From NCBI GenBank assembly GCA_028709705.1, contig JAQVWL010000005.1, positions 892-64,891 on the forward strand: a stretch of DNA of 64,000 nucleotides. The letters run 5' to 3'. This stretch comes from Clostridia bacterium. GTDB lineage: Bacteria > Bacillota > Clostridia > Christensenellales > UBA1242. Within the stretch, counting starts at the first letter, position 1. The number at the start of each line of letters is the position of its first letter. The notes under the pieces are model-generated. The model saw only the letters and a program-made list of their open reading frames with translations, was not told the DNA's origin and ran no database searches. This document shows positions 55,501 through 63,342 of the stretch, piece by piece. A program made the position numbers and the translations under genes.

Positions 55501-55799
55501 TTTTTATTTATTAACGCCTTTCGCACCAAAAGCAAACTTTCTTGCTTGCTAACAAATTCAAACGCTAAACCAAGTTTGTCAAAAATTAAATCAGCAAGTT
55601 GCGAAACACCCATAACCGCAATATTAAAAGTGGCAGAAATATCCAAGGTGTCAAAAATCAATTTTTCTATCAACAAAGAACTTCTGTCAGGTACTATTAT
55701 GATATTTTCAAATTCAAAATCAAATTTATCAATAGTCTTTATTGCAGAAATATTTACATCTTTAAAGTTATCGCCAACAATTAATTTTATTTTTTTCAT
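52575..55799 (-). CDS. addB: helicase/nuclease subunit AddB
   Basis: C-terminal nuclease plus Fe-S Cys cluster (C...CLSCPYLALCGF) and position upstream of addA. Start chosen at the ATG at 55799 (MKKIKLIVGDNF). Confidence 0.8.
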   Translation of the reverse strand: MKKIKLIVGDNFKDVNISAIKTIDKFDFEFENIIIVPDRSSLLIEKLIFDTLDISATFNIAVMGVSQLADLIFDKLGLAFEFVSKQESLLLVRKALINKKNELVYFNTNINNGLIEEIYNSIMQFKSNEVNFEQIKNSYLGEDELLKNKMQDLAIVFEEYEVLLNDRLDSTNVLSVLENATLQLDLKNYNFFYLNFDSFTKQGYSVLKNLIKTANNVTIGVIKAGIQSNDFIFEKDIFNKLTLLAKENKYLLTVETVTNNLNQFQNAIQKNLFALKPQILQSEFLTVFETQTIKEEVEQIAKQIKNLIFSQNAKYKNIAVACGNLEKYKDEIEKVFNEYDFNFYLDTNINLSQTSLTNFIVLVLNFLMQKECLQNFVISEFNGLDKNEKNILLDFIEKYNIQSTSIFEETKNENINQIKNKLFKNIKELINIKNNCKNIKNYINLIKNIIILFNLKEININLINNFKNKGLIKLEKIYIQIFDKLETVLNSFEKTIGEDKILFSDFVELFESVIKNQEMSTVPISVDSIFVGDATTSFFEEIDYLFVLGANENLLPIYLKDNGIIGDDVIEKISTKIELTPTVKMINRRNRFKVFNTLQSAKKHLYVSYSFSESDGQKSIASEFVKNLLEIFGEKNLKTAGNESLIKSVYEDKNVIAQNFAVFCGTKNKAKEILLKLIFQSNIANNFVLNSLFDILKNDIQKFYKNKEEMLEKTNDLFFKSNKTKISQIQKYFSCPFQQYVVYGLGLKEKENAVLNNKDIGIILHEVAHIFLEPKNKYIENIKNNKQNIEEIIKIIIKIIKNNPNNYRLLLKINKLSAKVLEEECKRLCEYLYYSQNISRFKPQNLEVYFGGENQTFDLFANNQTFKLVGVIDRVDFFNDMFIVIDYKTGKEEKSIDTNLYYGNKIQIFVYMMALKNYLKQKACGVYYFVIKNEIEEDSKNYMLQGKSIFDEKFLSAMDPSLTFDNPSSKIFSCNISTSKENIQNGEKVYLKKDSIEEETLQNMGEYSIKIATKAIEEMLDGSFEPSPQKGVCLSCPYLALCGFNGKCREKVYLLDKKFFENKKNKSEVADEQN

Positions 55800-55862
55800 A
55801 TTTTGATTATAACAAAAATAAGCAAAAAAAACTACTGTTTTATCAGCAGTTTTTGTTTGCAA

Positions 55863-57431
55863 CTAATCTAAAAGTGCAAGTTCCTTTAATTCTTTTTCTA
55901 TGTCAAGCCTTGGATAAAGCATTTCAACTTCGCCAATTTTTGCTCCATCTTTCAACAATCCAAATTTTGCTATTTGAATAATGTTAACTTCATCTATTCC
56001 AAAAGCATTTAGCACTTTTTTTGCACCTTGTGGCAAAAATGATTGCAACAATACAGTGCCAATTTTTATTGTTTCTAGCAAATTATAAATAACAGTTTTA
56101 AGTCTTGTGTCATTATCTTTTGCCAAATTCCAAGGCATTGTTTGGTCAATATATTTATTTCCAAAACCAAAAATTGAGAATAGTTCAGTTATTGCCTTTG
56201 AAACATCAAATTTTTTCATATATTCCAAAACATTGTTTTTTGCGGTTTCAACATTTTTTATCAGTTCAATATCATCGTTGTTTAAATCTGCTTGTTTTGG
56301 AACAATACTTCCAAAATATTTTTGTGCCATTGTTAAAGTTCTTTTAACCAAATTTCCAAAGTCATTGCAAAGGTCTGTGTTTATTCTTTTCAAAAAGTTT
56401 TCTGTTGAATAAGTTCCGTCAGAACCAAATGGAATTTCTCTTATCAAATAATATCTTACACTATCAACAGAATATCTAGACACCAAAATTCGTGGGTCTA
56501 TAATTTCTTTTACCAAAGAATTTTTGCTTTTTGAAAGTTTTTGCCCACCAAGCAACAACCAACCATGACCATAAATTTGTTTTGGAAGTGGCACATCAAG
56601 TGCCATCAAAAGTGCTGGCCAGTAAATTGAATGGAAACGTACAATATCTTTTCCTATCAAATGCAAATCTGCTGGCCAATATTTTTTGTAATTTGTTTCA
56701 TCATCACTTGCATAACCAATTGCAGAAAGATAATTGAAAAGGGCATCTATCCAAACATAAATTGTATGTTTTGGGTCAAATTCAACAGGAATACCCCATT
56801 TTACACTTGTTCTTGAAACACACAAATCTTGTAAACCGGGTTTTATAAAATTGTTGACCATTTCGTGAACTCTTGAATTTGGTTGCAAAAACTCGGGGTT
56901 TTCTTCATACAATTTTAAAAGTTTGTCACCAAATTCACTCAACTTAAAAAAGTAAGCCTCTTCTTCTTCATATTTAACTTCTCTGCCACAATCAGGGCAT
57001 CTTCCATCTACCAACTGGCTTTCTGTCCAAAAAGATTCGCAAGGCAAACAATAAAGCCCCTTGTATTTTGACTTGTAAATATAACCTTTTTTATATAATT
57101 CATTGAAAACTTTTTGTGCAACTTTTTCGTGATAGGTATCTGTTGTTCTAATAAATTTTGAATAGTCAATGTCAAGCAGTTTCCACAAATCTTTTATATC
57201 TTCAATCATAACATCAAGATAATTTTTTATTTCCATACCTTTTGCTTCTGCGGTTTTGGCAAGTTTTTCGCCATGTTCATCTGTTCCGGTCAAATAAAAA
57301 ACATCCTTGCCAAGCATTTTGTTAAACCTGGCAATGCAGTCTGCAATAATAGTTGAATAACAATTCCCCAAAGTCATTTTATTGCTTGGATAATAAATTG
57401 GTGTTGTTATATAAAATGTATTTTTTTCCAT
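55863..57431 (-). CDS. metG: methionyl-tRNA synthetase (short form)
   Basis: YITTPIYYPSNKMTLGNCY, KLSKSKNS (KMSKS) and a CPxC...CPDC Zn knuckle. Start at the second ATG (57431), 6 nt after GGAG. Confidence 0.85.
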   Translation of the reverse strand: MEKNTFYITTPIYYPSNKMTLGNCYSTIIADCIARFNKMLGKDVFYLTGTDEHGEKLAKTAEAKGMEIKNYLDVMIEDIKDLWKLLDIDYSKFIRTTDTYHEKVAQKVFNELYKKGYIYKSKYKGLYCLPCESFWTESQLVDGRCPDCGREVKYEEEEAYFFKLSEFGDKLLKLYEENPEFLQPNSRVHEMVNNFIKPGLQDLCVSRTSVKWGIPVEFDPKHTIYVWIDALFNYLSAIGYASDDETNYKKYWPADLHLIGKDIVRFHSIYWPALLMALDVPLPKQIYGHGWLLLGGQKLSKSKNSLVKEIIDPRILVSRYSVDSVRYYLIREIPFGSDGTYSTENFLKRINTDLCNDFGNLVKRTLTMAQKYFGSIVPKQADLNNDDIELIKNVETAKNNVLEYMKKFDVSKAITELFSIFGFGNKYIDQTMPWNLAKDNDTRLKTVIYNLLETIKIGTVLLQSFLPQGAKKVLNAFGIDEVNIIQIAKFGLLKDGAKIGEVEMLYPRLDIEKELKELALLD

Positions 57432-57679
57432 TTTTTTCTCCATATGTTTTTATAGCACAAATAAAAAATTTTTGCATTAGTTTTTAAGAAAAAATAAAAA
57501 TTTTATATGTTATTTAACTATAATCATATCATTCTTATCTTCAATCGACATATTGTCAAAAGAAGTTTTTTCCAAAGCGGTAATATCCGTATAAGAAATA
57601 TGAATTAATTTATATTATTCTCCCTTTGCAGTTTTGCAAGATGCAATTAGAATTCTGCGAATAGCTCCACATTTGTTAT

Positions 57680-57958
57680 TTAGTTTGGTAAAATTTTTTC
57701 GGTTTTGTATTCGCTTTTATACAATAGTTCAAGCCAATATTGACTTTCGTGACTTTCTTTAAGCGCAATTTTAAGTTTTGCCACAAAATCATTTTTTCCT
57801 TGTGCATAGTCTGCTTCGTGAATGTTTGCACCAATAGAAGTTGCCGACCTTTGCAACTGGTTCGACATAACACTTTCCTTGTTTTTTAAAGTTTTGCACA
57901 ATTCTATTGTTTTAAGCGCAAACTCTTTTAATAAATTTAAAACCTTATTTTCTCTCAT
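57680..57958 (-). CDS. four-helix-bundle protein (23S rRNA IVS protein / Avd-like family)
   Basis: QLQRSATSIGANIHEADYAQGKNDFVAKLKIALKESHESQYWLELL is the family signature. Start moved to the ATG at 57958. Confidence 0.8.
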   Translation of the reverse strand: MRENKVLNLLKEFALKTIELCKTLKNKESVMSNQLQRSATSIGANIHEADYAQGKNDFVAKLKIALKESHESQYWLELLYKSEYKTEKILPN

Positions 57959-58080
57959 ATATATTTTATAACATATACGAAAACTAAAATCAATTTGAAA
58001 AAGCAATTTGAATTAATAATTTATTAATAAAAAATATAAATGGTCGCAGGGATTTTTTTAGTTGAAAAATTATTATATTA

Positions 58081-58248
58081 AATGCAATTGCTTCGCAATG
58101 CAATATTTTCTGGCGAAAATATGCAATATTGCCTTCGGCAATATGCAATGAAATAAATCCTTAATTTGCCTATTGGCAAATTGCATATGCGTTAGCATAT
58201 TGCATATCCGTAGGATATTGCATAAATCCGCTAGGATTTATTTCATTG
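58081..58248. repeat. intergenic hairpin array, copy B (7 short GC-cored hairpins separated by ATGCAAT/ATTGCAT)
   Basis: Hairpins at 58087-99, 58103-22, 58126-44, 58163-82, 58185-200, 58204-18 and 58222-41. ATGCAAT x4 in the left half, and its reverse complement ATTGCAT x3 in the right half. There is also a 15-bp long-range pairing between 58146-58160 and 58234-58248. Confidence 0.6.
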
Positions 58249-58286
58249 TTAACAAAAAAACTTCTTACGAAGTTTTTTTGTTAACT
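58248..58286. terminator. terminator after tmRNA (bidirectional hairpin)
   Basis: GTTAAC-A7-CTTC-TTAC-GAAG-T7-GTTAAC. Confidence 0.6.
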
Positions 58287-58658
58287 TGGTGGAGACGGGG
58301 AGATTGAACTCCCGTCCGAAAAAGTTGGTTTTTACTTTTCTACATATTTAGTTTATGATATTGTTTTACACTTGAAAAATTAGTTCATAAACAATCTTCT
58401 TAACAAGTGAGTTTTTTTGTTTTCTGTTTTTTTAAAAACTTAAATCAAAAACAGAGTTTCACGAGTTTTGATGCCTTAACTGTTTTCGTGATTTGCAATT
58501 AAGACAAGTTGCTAAGCTGCAACCAAGGCACTAGAAGTGTTAAACCCTCTAATTTCAGAATTATCTGCGTTTATTTTTTTCCTAGAATTTTAGGTAGTAC
58601 TAGGATTTACCATATGCTGTGCATAAAAACCAAACTTCCCCGTCGAAACTTACGCCCC
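58287..58658 (-). ncRNA. ssrA: tmRNA (ssrA)
   Basis: 5' GGGGGCGTAAGTTTCGACGGGG and 3' GGACGGGAGTTCAATCTCCCCGTCTCCACCA. G3:U70 in the acceptor. Tag reading frame at 58568..58512 is ADNSEIRGFNTSSALVAA*. Lies directly downstream of smpB. Confidence 0.9.
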
Positions 58659-58689
58659 CATATAAGAAAGATTATGAAAAACAACAAAA

Positions 58690-59130
58690 TTATATATACG
58701 ATTTTCTTTGCAAGTCTTTTTTTATTGATTTTTCTTTTAAATCTTCTCTTTTGTCAAAAAGTTTTTTGCCTTTGCCAACACCGATTTGCACCTTTACAAA
58801 ATTTCCGCTTAAATACATTTTTAGCGGAAGAATTGTAAAACCTTTTTCTTTTATTTTTTTTTCTAACTTCAAAATTTCTTGTTTGCTAAGCAAAAGTTTT
58901 CGGTTGCGTCGGCTATCTGGAATGAAAACACCCGCTTTTTCATAAGGTTTAATATAAGCGTTTTTCAAAAACACTTCACCATTTTGTACCACAACAAAAC
59001 TTTCGTTAAGACTGACATTTCCGCCACGAATTGACTTAACTTCGCTTCCTTCCAATACAATGCCCGCCTCAATTTCATCTGAAATAAAATAATTGAACCG
59101 TGCTTTTTTGTTAACTGTTATTGTTTTCAT
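58690..59130 (-). CDS. smpB: SsrA-binding protein
   Basis: NKKARFNYFISDEIEAGIVLEGSEVKSIR. Start moved to the ATG at 59130, just after the rnr stop. Confidence 0.9.
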   Translation of the reverse strand: MKTITVNKKARFNYFISDEIEAGIVLEGSEVKSIRGGNVSLNESFVVVQNGEVFLKNAYIKPYEKAGVFIPDSRRNRKLLLSKQEILKLEKKIKEKGFTILPLKMYLSGNFVKVQIGVGKGKKLFDKREDLKEKSIKKDLQRKSYI

Positions 59131-59140
59131 ATCACTTACA

Positions 59141-61222
59141 TTATACATTTTTATTTTTGTTTTGCAAGGGTTTAGTTTTTCTGTTTTTGTTAAAATTTGT
59201 TTTATTGTCAAAATTTCGGTTGTTTTTGTTGCCAAACTTGGCTTTTACTTTTGAAAAACTATTTTTTTCTATAAAAGGTTTTTTATCTGCAAAACTTTTT
59301 CTTGGAACATAAACGGTATTTGCTTCACAAAAATCAATTTGTCTTTTTGGTAAGTCAACTGCAACAACTTTTATTCTTACCTTTTCGCCATAACCGTATG
59401 AATGTTTTTGACCTTTTAAAGTCATTGTGTTTTCAATATAAGAATATTCGTCATCGGGCAAATTTTCTATTCTTATCAAGCCTTCTATTGTGTTTTCAAG
59501 TTCCACAAAAACGCCAAAACTTGTAACACCGCAAATAATACCATCAAAATCTTCGCCAATATGTTTTTGCATATATTCTGCCATTTTTAAGGCATCAATT
59601 TTTCTTTCAGTTTGTTCGGCGCGTTTTTCAGTTAAACTAGACTGCACCGATGCTTCTTCAACAAAAATTTTTAAATCTTTGGCAGATATTTCATCAATTC
59701 TTTTGTTTAAATAATCTTTGATAATTCTGTGAATTGTCAAATCAGGATATCTTCTTATTGGAGAAGTAAAATGACAATAATATGTGCTTGCCAAACCAAA
59801 ATGTCCAAGACATTGTTCGCAATATCTTGCTTTTTGCAAACTCATAAGCAAAACTTTGTTAAGAACTTGCTCATAAGGTTCGCCATCTATTGCCTTTAAT
59901 ATTTTTTGATAATCCATAGGAGTTATATTTTTGGGGAAAACAATAGGATTTAGACCAAGTCCTTCCATAAAAGACACTAGTTGTTGAGATTTTTCATAGG
60001 TTGGCACTTCGTGCACACGATATACAAATGGTACTTTCTTTTCAAAAAAGTGTTCGGCTACCGTTTCATTTGCAACAATCATAAACGCTTCAATCATTTT
60101 GTGTGCAATATTTCTGTCAAGTTTTAGCACATTTAAAAGTTCGCCCTTTTCGTTTATTTCAAAATATGTTTCTGGCAAATCAAGTTCCAAAAAGCCTGCA
60201 TCATCTTTCTTTTTTTCCAAAATTTTTGCTAACTCTTCCATAATGACAAACTTTTGTTTAAGGTTTTGATATTTTTCTTCTGTGTTTTGGTTCTGCATTG
60301 TGGCAAAAACTTTGTCATAGGTCAATCTTGCACAACTTTTGATAACGCTTTCAAAAATTTTGTGGTCTACAACAACGCCATTTTCATCTATTGTCATAAC
60401 ACAAGAAAGAGTCAATCTTTCTACATTTTCATTAAGCGAACAAATACCATTTGACAAACTTGTTGGAAGCATTGGAATTACATAGCCCGGAAAGTACGCA
60501 CTTGTGCCACGAATGTATGCCTCTTTGTCAATCTCGCTATCTTTGGTAACATAATTGCCGACATCTGCTATATGCACGCCAAGTTTGTATTTTCCATCAG
60601 AAAGTTTTTCTATTGAAATTGCATCATCAAGGTCTTTTGAGTCATCTCCGTCTATTGTAAAAATAGTTTCTTTTGTTAAATCGGTACGGTTGATTTTATC
60701 TTTTTCTTGAACTTCTTGCCCAAATTTGTCTGCTTTGTCAATTACTATTTGTGGGAATATTTCAGGAAGATTGTTCATTCTTATAATTGCTTTTTCCAAA
60801 ACACTTCTTTCACTTGCTCTTCCCAAAACTTCTATTATTTCGCCCCTAAGGTTTTCATCTCCGCTTGGTTGTGCTGTAACTTTGGCAACAACTTTGTCGC
60901 CAACATTTGCTTTGTTAAGGTCTTTGCTATTAATCAAAACAACTTTGTGAATTTTGGGGTTGTCGCAAACAACATAATTGCCCATCAACCCATACATCAA
61001 ATTGCCAACAACTGTTTGATTTGCATATTCCAAAATTTTTTTAACTTCTGCCAAATTGGAATTTGCACCTATACTTGTTGTTTCTATTACAACTTTGTCG
61101 CCGTCAAGCGCCCCAAACATTTTTTGCGGAGGAATGAAAAAGTCATCATCATAACCTTCTATGCTTACAAAACCAAAACCTTTGCTGTTTCCTACCAACT
61201 TACCTTCAAAATATTTTCCCAT
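59141..61222 (-). CDS. rnr: ribonuclease R
   Basis: Cold-shock-like N-terminus, RNB motifs (DGDDSKDLDDAIS), S1 domain and a basic tail. Confidence 0.9.
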   Translation of the reverse strand: MGKYFEGKLVGNSKGFGFVSIEGYDDDFFIPPQKMFGALDGDKVVIETTSIGANSNLAEVKKILEYANQTVVGNLMYGLMGNYVVCDNPKIHKVVLINSKDLNKANVGDKVVAKVTAQPSGDENLRGEIIEVLGRASERSVLEKAIIRMNNLPEIFPQIVIDKADKFGQEVQEKDKINRTDLTKETIFTIDGDDSKDLDDAISIEKLSDGKYKLGVHIADVGNYVTKDSEIDKEAYIRGTSAYFPGYVIPMLPTSLSNGICSLNENVERLTLSCVMTIDENGVVVDHKIFESVIKSCARLTYDKVFATMQNQNTEEKYQNLKQKFVIMEELAKILEKKKDDAGFLELDLPETYFEINEKGELLNVLKLDRNIAHKMIEAFMIVANETVAEHFFEKKVPFVYRVHEVPTYEKSQQLVSFMEGLGLNPIVFPKNITPMDYQKILKAIDGEPYEQVLNKVLLMSLQKARYCEQCLGHFGLASTYYCHFTSPIRRYPDLTIHRIIKDYLNKRIDEISAKDLKIFVEEASVQSSLTEKRAEQTERKIDALKMAEYMQKHIGEDFDGIICGVTSFGVFVELENTIEGLIRIENLPDDEYSYIENTMTLKGQKHSYGYGEKVRIKVVAVDLPKRQIDFCEANTVYVPRKSFADKKPFIEKNSFSKVKAKFGNKNNRNFDNKTNFNKNRKTKPLQNKNKNV

Positions 61223-61243
61223 TATTTACTTCCCTTTATTTTA

Positions 61244-61280
61244 AAAAACCCCAAACAATTTTGTATGGGGTTTTAATTTT
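61244..61280 (-). terminator. intrinsic terminator after secG
   Basis: On the minus strand: AAAACCCCA-loop-TGGGGTTTT followed by a T-run. Confidence 0.6.
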
Positions 61281-61290
61281 TTTGTTTGAT

Positions 61291-61602
61291 TTAGATTGCC
61301 AACCAAAAACCTGTTATAAAATACAAAACAATACAAACTGCCAAAATTGAAGCCATCCATATAGTAATTCTTTTCAATTTGCCGTCTTTTGTGTTATCTC
61401 TGTTTTGCGAAAAATAACTTTCACTTGAACCGCCGGATATTGCCGAAGAACCTGCCTGGTTTGCACTTGATTGCATCAAAGTTGTAACAATCAAAACAAT
61501 ACAGCAAATGGTTACAATTGACAACAAGATAAGTCTTATAATTGGAAAAACATTTACCACGAAATCACTAATTGGTGTATCGAACATTAAAATAAAATTC
61601 AT
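61291..61602 (-). CDS. secG: preprotein translocase subunit SecG
   Basis: Two TM segments flanking a Gly/Ser-rich loop (QSSANQAGSSAISGGSS). Gene order secG-rnr-smpB-ssrA. Confidence 0.7.
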   Translation of the reverse strand: MNFILMFDTPISDFVVNVFPIIRLILLSIVTICCIVLIVTTLMQSSANQAGSSAISGGSSESYFSQNRDNTKDGKLKRITIWMASILAVCIVLYFITGFWLAI

Positions 61603-61611
61603 TTTCTCTCC

Positions 61612-61830
61612 TTATACCGATGCCACAAAAACTGCCAAAAATATAAAAACAATTGTTAACAAAATGGGCATAATTTTAAACTTGATTTTGTCTGAATTTA
61701 CATGTATTTTTACAACATTTTTGAAGTTTAGTAAACCCAAAATCAAAAAGATGCCAACAATTAAAATTCTAACAAGTGGGTCAAGTTCAAGTGTAATAAA
61801 ACTGACAATTTGATTGTAAATATCTTCCAA
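61612..61830 (-). CDS. small two-TM membrane protein, hypothetical
   Basis: 72 aa with two hydrophobic helices. Confidence 0.35.
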   Translation of the reverse strand: MEDIYNQIVSFITLELDPLVRILIVGIFLILGLLNFKNVVKIHVNSDKIKFKIMPILLTIVFIFLAVFVASV

Positions 61831-61982
61831 AACATACTCCTAAAAATTATAGTTTTATTATAGTATTTTGTATTATAACCTATAAAATCCCTAAAATCAA
61901 GCATTTGAAAAAATTTTAATTTTTCTTCTTTAACAATATAGTTTGCTTTTGCATAGTATGGTCTAGGCAAAAGGAGGATAAA

Positions 61983-62459
61983 ATGTTTAATTACCCAAAT
62001 CAATATTGCTGTTGTAGGGGTCCAAGAGGTCCGCAAGGTCCACAGGGCCCAATCGGTCCTGCTGGTCCCGGTTTTGAAACCTACGGCAGTTTTTATAACT
62101 CTGCCGAACAATCTTTGACAACAGGAATACCCGTTGCATTGACAACAACAATTACTGCCAACAATTTAGCGTTGGCAGGCAATAGTATTGTCATTCCAAC
62201 AACAGGAACTTATTTAATTAATTACGGCGTAAACACTGTGCCAAACGCAGTTGCCGGAAACAATATTTTTATTGCAATCAACGGAATTGCTGTGGCGGGA
62301 ACACAACGAGCATTAAGTGTTAGCGCTGGCACTTCTTCAAGCACTATCTTGACTTTGACCGCTGGAAATATACTCACATTGATGCCAACTGCGGCAGGAG
62401 TTGCAGTTTCTACTATTGGAGCGCCAACCGCTTTTCTAAGTATAACACAAGTGGCATAA
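61983..62459 (+). CDS. collagen-like (GXY)6 protein with a BclA-type C-terminal beta domain
   Basis: GPRGPQGPQGPIGPAGPG followed by TGTYLINYGV...INGIAVAGT...LTLTAGNILTL...AFLSITQV. RBS AAGGAGG. Confidence 0.7.
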   Translation: MFNYPNQYCCCRGPRGPQGPQGPIGPAGPGFETYGSFYNSAEQSLTTGIPVALTTTITANNLALAGNSIVIPTTGTYLINYGVNTVPNAVAGNNIFIAINGIAVAGTQRALSVSAGTSSSTILTLTAGNILTLMPTAAGVAVSTIGAPTAFLSITQVA

Positions 62460-62471
62460 AAACAAATTTAA

Positions 62472-62512
62472 AAAACACTGTCCATAAAAATTTGACAGTG
62501 TTTTGTTTTTTT
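62472..62512 (+). terminator. intrinsic terminator
   Basis: AAAACACTGTC-loop-GACAGTGTTTT followed by GTTTTTTT. Confidence 0.7.
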
Positions 62513-62765
62513 AATAATACAATAAATTTATTTACTTTCCTTAATTTTTTTAAGTTTTATTGCAAAATATGCCACAGAAGCACCAATCAACAATATTGCA
62601 ATTGGCGGAACAAAAATATGCAATAATGAAAGAAAAATGAGTGTTGTTAGAAAAAATATTTGTAAGAAGAATTAAAATAATATTTATAAAAATTTTTTAC
62701 AATGTTTTAAGTATTAAAAAAAACCATCGTCAACATACTGTTTTCGATGTTTTTTTTATAAATTT

Positions 62766-63266
62766 TTATATTAAATATTTTAATGATTTGTCAATGTCTT
62801 TTTTTAGTTCTTCAAAATTTTTTTCATTGAGTTTGTCAAACTGTTTTAATTTTCCCTCTTCTTTAAGTTTTTTAAAACCAAATTCTTCAATGTAAAAAGG
62901 TTTCTTTTCCAAAATGGAAGTTAACTCTTTTTCCAATTTATCTTTTTGTCCGCCTAAACATATTGTTAAAAAACAATAATTTAAAATATTTGGTTTTTCT
63001 TTTAACAAAAAAGATTTGATTGGAAATGCCAATTTTCCAAACCATACAGGCGAAACAAAAATAATTTTATCATAAATCTCAAAATTTATTTTATATTCTT
63101 TTAGTTTTGGATTTTTTTTAAAAACCAACCCCATAAAAACCGTGGAAAATCCTATTTTCTTTTTTGTTTTAATTTCGAATGTATCACAATTTAACTTTTC
63201 TTTTAAATAATTTGCTAATTTTTGATTATTTCCTGTTAAAGAATAACAGATTGTTAATATTTTCAT
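62766..63266 (-). CDS. flavodoxin-like protein
   Basis: MKILTICYSLTGNNQKLANYL is a flavodoxin-type N-terminal loop. 166 aa. Confidence 0.65.
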   Translation of the reverse strand: MKILTICYSLTGNNQKLANYLKEKLNCDTFEIKTKKKIGFSTVFMGLVFKKNPKLKEYKINFEIYDKIIFVSPVWFGKLAFPIKSFLLKEKPNILNYCFLTICLGGQKDKLEKELTSILEKKPFYIEEFGFKKLKEEGKLKQFDKLNEKNFEELKKDIDKSLKYLI

Positions 63267-63314
63267 AAATCCTCTTAAATTTAAACTATATCATAAAATC
63301 AAAACTAATTTTTT

Positions 63315-63342
63315 TGGAGCTGGTGGCGGGAATCGGACCCGC
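63315..63342 (-). other. orphan tRNA 3' fragment (T arm + acceptor 3' strand + CCA), tRNA-Gly-like
   Basis: Reverse complement is GCGGGTCCGATTCCCGCCACCAGCTCCA. It has the same TCCGATT T-loop and U73-CCA as tRNA-Gly at 11337. No matching 5' acceptor strand (GCTGGTG), D arm or anticodon arm lies upstream. Confidence 0.55.

Noticed and set aside
57570-57610. Possible T-box upstream of metG. The minus strand reads ACGGATATTACCGCTTTGG, matching GGTGGTACCGC at 9 of 12 positions.
   Set aside because: There is no following terminator/antiterminator pair, and none of the six synthetase genes here shows a credible T-box. The ATATCCGTA string is better explained as part of the hairpin-repeat family.
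58082-58156. A 24-codon ORF (MQLLRNAIFSGENMQYCLRQYAMK*) running through the hairpin array.
   Set aside because: There is no RBS. The repeated ATGCAAT spacer trivially supplies in-frame ATGs, and palindromic sequence gives similar ORFs on both strands.
58081-58248. CRISPR-like array.
   Set aside because: The conserved unit is only 7 nt and the period is 16-23 nt. The variable parts are themselves palindromes, and no cas genes are present.
57680-58300. A diversity-generating retroelement, because of the Avd-like gene.
   Set aside because: There is no reverse transcriptase ORF and no adenine-mutated TR/VR repeat pair anywhere in the window.
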